This document shows positions 49,812 through 52,475 of a stretch of DNA of 52,475 bases, in pieces. The DNA is from Azolla caroliniana (Eukaryota; Plantae; Polypodiophyta), in contig JBHGNT010000208.1 in the NCBI GenBank assembly GCA_043228905.1, forward strand, positions 1-52,475, in the 5' to 3' direction. The position numbers and the translations under genes were made by a program. Within the stretch, counting starts at the first letter, position 1, and each line of letters begins with the position of its first letter. The notes beneath the pieces were generated by a model. The model was not told the DNA's origin, searched no databases, and saw nothing but the letters and a program-made list of their open reading frames with translations.

Positions 49812-50531
49812 ACATGCCTATTCTTAGCTCACTTAGAGAACTCCCAGCCATCACACCCTAATCTTTTTTATTTCACTAGATATATAGATGATGCATTCGG
49901 GATATGGACAGGTACTAAACCCGAATTAGAAAATTACCTCCAGTTCTATAACACCTCCACTAATAATTGCATCAAAATTACCATCACCACTTCTCCCTTT
50001 AGATTACCGTTCTTAGATTTATGGATTAACCTAAAGAATTCACATTTCTCCTTTAATTGCTACCAAAAGCCCCAAAATGCCTACCAATATCTCTCATTCT
50101 CGTCAGTTCACCCCCTTCACTTAAAACGTCATTTTATTATTAATGAACTAAAACGATACCTAATTAGAGAAAGTACCCCCTTAGGTTTCCTTCGAATGAA
50201 AAAACTATTTTTTAGTAGATTAGTTAAGAGAGGGTATCCCCTTTCTTTTATATTAGAGAATTATAAAAAGGTGCCATTTAACGCTAGGAAATCACTAGTA
50301 TTTAGTAGAAAACCTAAAAGTACCCTTATACCTGTCATCTTCAAACTTAGGTATACGAAAGATACCCCTAGATTAGGAATTCACGACATGCTAGAAAACC
50401 TCCACGCAGATTTAGCCACACATCCCCAACTATCCGAACTACCGCGACCCTTCATATGTTGGACTAAGTCTAAGTCCATTCATTCCCTTCTCGTCAAAAC
50501 TAAATATAAATCCATAAAAACTCCCACTTAA
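49812..50531 (+). pseudogene. 5'-truncated Penelope-like reverse transcriptase (open frame, no C-terminal GIY-YIG)
   Basis: In frame with ORF 50196-50531: CLFLAHLE...FTRYIDDAFGIW...LPFLDL...YQKPQNAYQYLSFSSVHP...NELKRY...RLVKRGYP. Confidence 0.88.
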
Positions 50532-50681
50532 TACTATATGCCTTTTATATCCCACCCCCACACCCACCCCCACCTATCACTTATCATGTACATACATATA
50601 ACCCCCCTCTAACCCACTTTCACTAACCAATCCATTACCTATCACAATTCCCCGTTTCCCTCTCTCCCATCATTAAACTCC

Positions 50682-50720
<39 letters not shown>

Positions 50721-50726
50721 TCCCCC

Positions 50727-50734
50727 TATATAAA
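50727..50734 (+). promoter_or_regulatory. TATA box of the PLE pseudo-LTR (equivalents at 51605-51612 on + and ~48956-48963 on -)
   Basis: CCCTATATAAACC is conserved about 30 nt upstream of the CTGATGA core in both variants. Confidence 0.6.
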
Positions 50735-50754
50735 CCTACCCTCTTGTTGTAAAT

Positions 50755-50806
50755 GACCTTGGCACTGATGAGCTCTACCTAGAGCGAAACTAGTTTGCAC
50801 AAGGTC
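50755..50806 (+). ncRNA. Minimal type I hammerhead ribozyme (variant B)
   Basis: GACCTTGGCA-CTGATGA-GCTCT(ACCT)AGAGC-GAAAC-TA-GTT-TGCACAAGGTC. Confidence 0.88.
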
Positions 50807-51522
50807 TTTCTAATGAAAATTTCTTAAGCTTTTCTCTTTTCTCTTTTCTCACTCACTCTTCTCTTCTTCTCTTCTTCTTTCATCTCATTCTCTCATTCTC
50901 TTTTACTCTTGGTCACCTCTAATCCTACTCACCTTAGTTTCACTTGCATCATTGCTTTATTTCTTTTCTTACTCTTCCCATATCATCTCAATAGTTGTGC
51001 TAGTTCGCTCGCACTCCTTGTCACGATCCTACGGTCATACCAAGTATATGAAACGATTTGGGTGCGCTTGAATCGTTCTTGGTGATCTTTTCACTTCATT
51101 CCCACTTTGTCAATTTACTCTACCCCTGTCTCGTTCACTAATTTCAATCTACCCCTTTCCCCCTTCCTTTTTTCCAGAATTACATTCATACCCCTCCCTC
51201 TTTTAGTAAATTTCTCGTACCCCTCCCCCTTTCATTTTTCTTAATCTCACTCTACCCTTTCCTCCTCCACTTTAATTTCCAATATACCCTCCAATTCTTC
51301 CTACCCCCCTCCCTTTTTCAAAGATCTCCATACATTCTAACGTACTTCACCATCCCTAACTCCCACCTCACACACTTCTCTCTTACCCTTCCTCTCTCTT
51401 TCTCTCTCACACTCCCCTACATGTTTTTCAAATAACCCCAAAAAATCTTCTATCCCACACCAAATATATCAAACCCCATATCTCCTACATCATCAAATTT
51501 GAACACACACACACACACACAC

Positions 51523-51570
<48 letters not shown>

Positions 51571-51625
51571 GCACACACACACACACACACATCCTTATCT
51601 TCCCTATATAAACCCCTCCAATTCT

Positions 51626-51687
51626 AAATGGTCTTGTGCACTGATGAGCTCCGTAGGAGCGAAACTAGTTTGCCACATCGACCATTT
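51626..51687 (+). ncRNA. Minimal type I hammerhead ribozyme (variant A)
   Basis: AAATGGTCTTGTGCA-CTGATGA-GCTCC(GTA)GGAGC-GAAAC-TA-GTT-TGCCACATCGACCATTT. Confidence 0.88.
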
Positions 51688-51800
51688 CTTTGTATTACTT
51701 TTTAAGGATTCTCACTCTTAATCTCACATTCACCCACCAATTGTATACCGTTCGCACTCCTTGTATTGACCTCACGGTCTAGAACTCACAATTCTTTGTG

Positions 51801-51852
<52 letters not shown>

Positions 51853-52475
51853 ATTCTCACTCTTAATCTCACATTCACCCACCGATTGTATACCGTTCGC
51901 ACTCCTTGTATTGACCTCACGGTCTAGAACTCACAATTCGTAGTAATTTCTATGGAGGACCAATCCACAGAGACGTGAACCCACGATGGCATATGATCGA
52001 CGCCCTTCGAGTATCCACTTCGTGTCGAGTTCCCTCATTTCAAGTGGAAGGCATTTGCAACGGCATCATCGGCATCCCAACATGCCTTCAACATATTATC
52101 TCTCACTTCCTTACATCTTTTCATTGTAAGCATGGGACTACATTCGGTAGCCATGCATTCCCTTTTGTCTCTTTTAGTATGTGTGCATATGGACTACTTT
52201 CAATAGTTGGCATTTTGCATAATCTTAGTATTTCCTTTCCTTTCCAATGCACGGGATTACATTGTAGCCGGCATTTGTATTCAACATATGTTCTACCCTT
52301 CCGTTGTAACCAATATACCTTGCATCACTCTCCCTCCCACTCACTTTCTCTTGCATGATATCCTTCCCCCATAGTCTCTCTCTATATTAACTTTACCCCT
52401 CTTTTATCTTTACCTAATTCTCAACATACCCTTACCTATTTTCAACTCTACCCCTTCCCTAACTTTTCGATATTT

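Larger units (their letters stand above)
48565..51939. mobile_element. Penelope-like element (PLE) complex with inverted arms
   Basis: 48565-49522 is the reverse complement of 51040-51932 (one indel block). Each arm has a TATA box, a hammerhead and a tandemly duplicated 3' segment; a PLE RT fragment lies between them. Confidence 0.85.

Noticed and set aside
51975-52358. 127-aa ORF
   Set aside because: No recognisable motif, and I could not link it to the LINE ORF1 interrupted at 48564.

Overview
Eukaryotic, transposon-dense land-plant DNA, probably a fern (inferred from a PLS-type PPR relic and an unedited nad4L fragment). No intact host gene is seen. From left to right: (1) 3' part of a Ty1/copia element with an open gag-pol ORF, inserted in an older copia relic. 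(2) A putative Pack-type element (~7.7-34.8 kb) carrying five co-oriented captured fragments: PPR, SAM synthetase, mitochondrial nad4L, RPL15 and a conserved unknown plant gene. (3) Nested in it, a pol-less LTR element (TSD CATAT) with tRNA-Arg-complementary sites at BOTH inner LTR borders. This element itself contains a full-length copia (TSD TGCTT) and a 10.5-kb Sola2-type DNA transposon (TSD CCTT) with a second gene encoding RING-H2 and FCP1/HAD-like domains. (4) A truncated L1-type LINE. (5) An ~8-kb tandem array of about 28 tRNA-Leu(TAA)-derived units invaded by LINE pieces and a hAT-like MITE. (6) A long APE-RT LINE copy. (7) A Penelope-like complex with three minimal hammerhead ribozymes of two types, a ~0.9-kb inverted repeat and an RT fragment lacking a C-terminal endonuclease. 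All calls come from reading the sequence by eye and from remembered family motifs; no searches were run.
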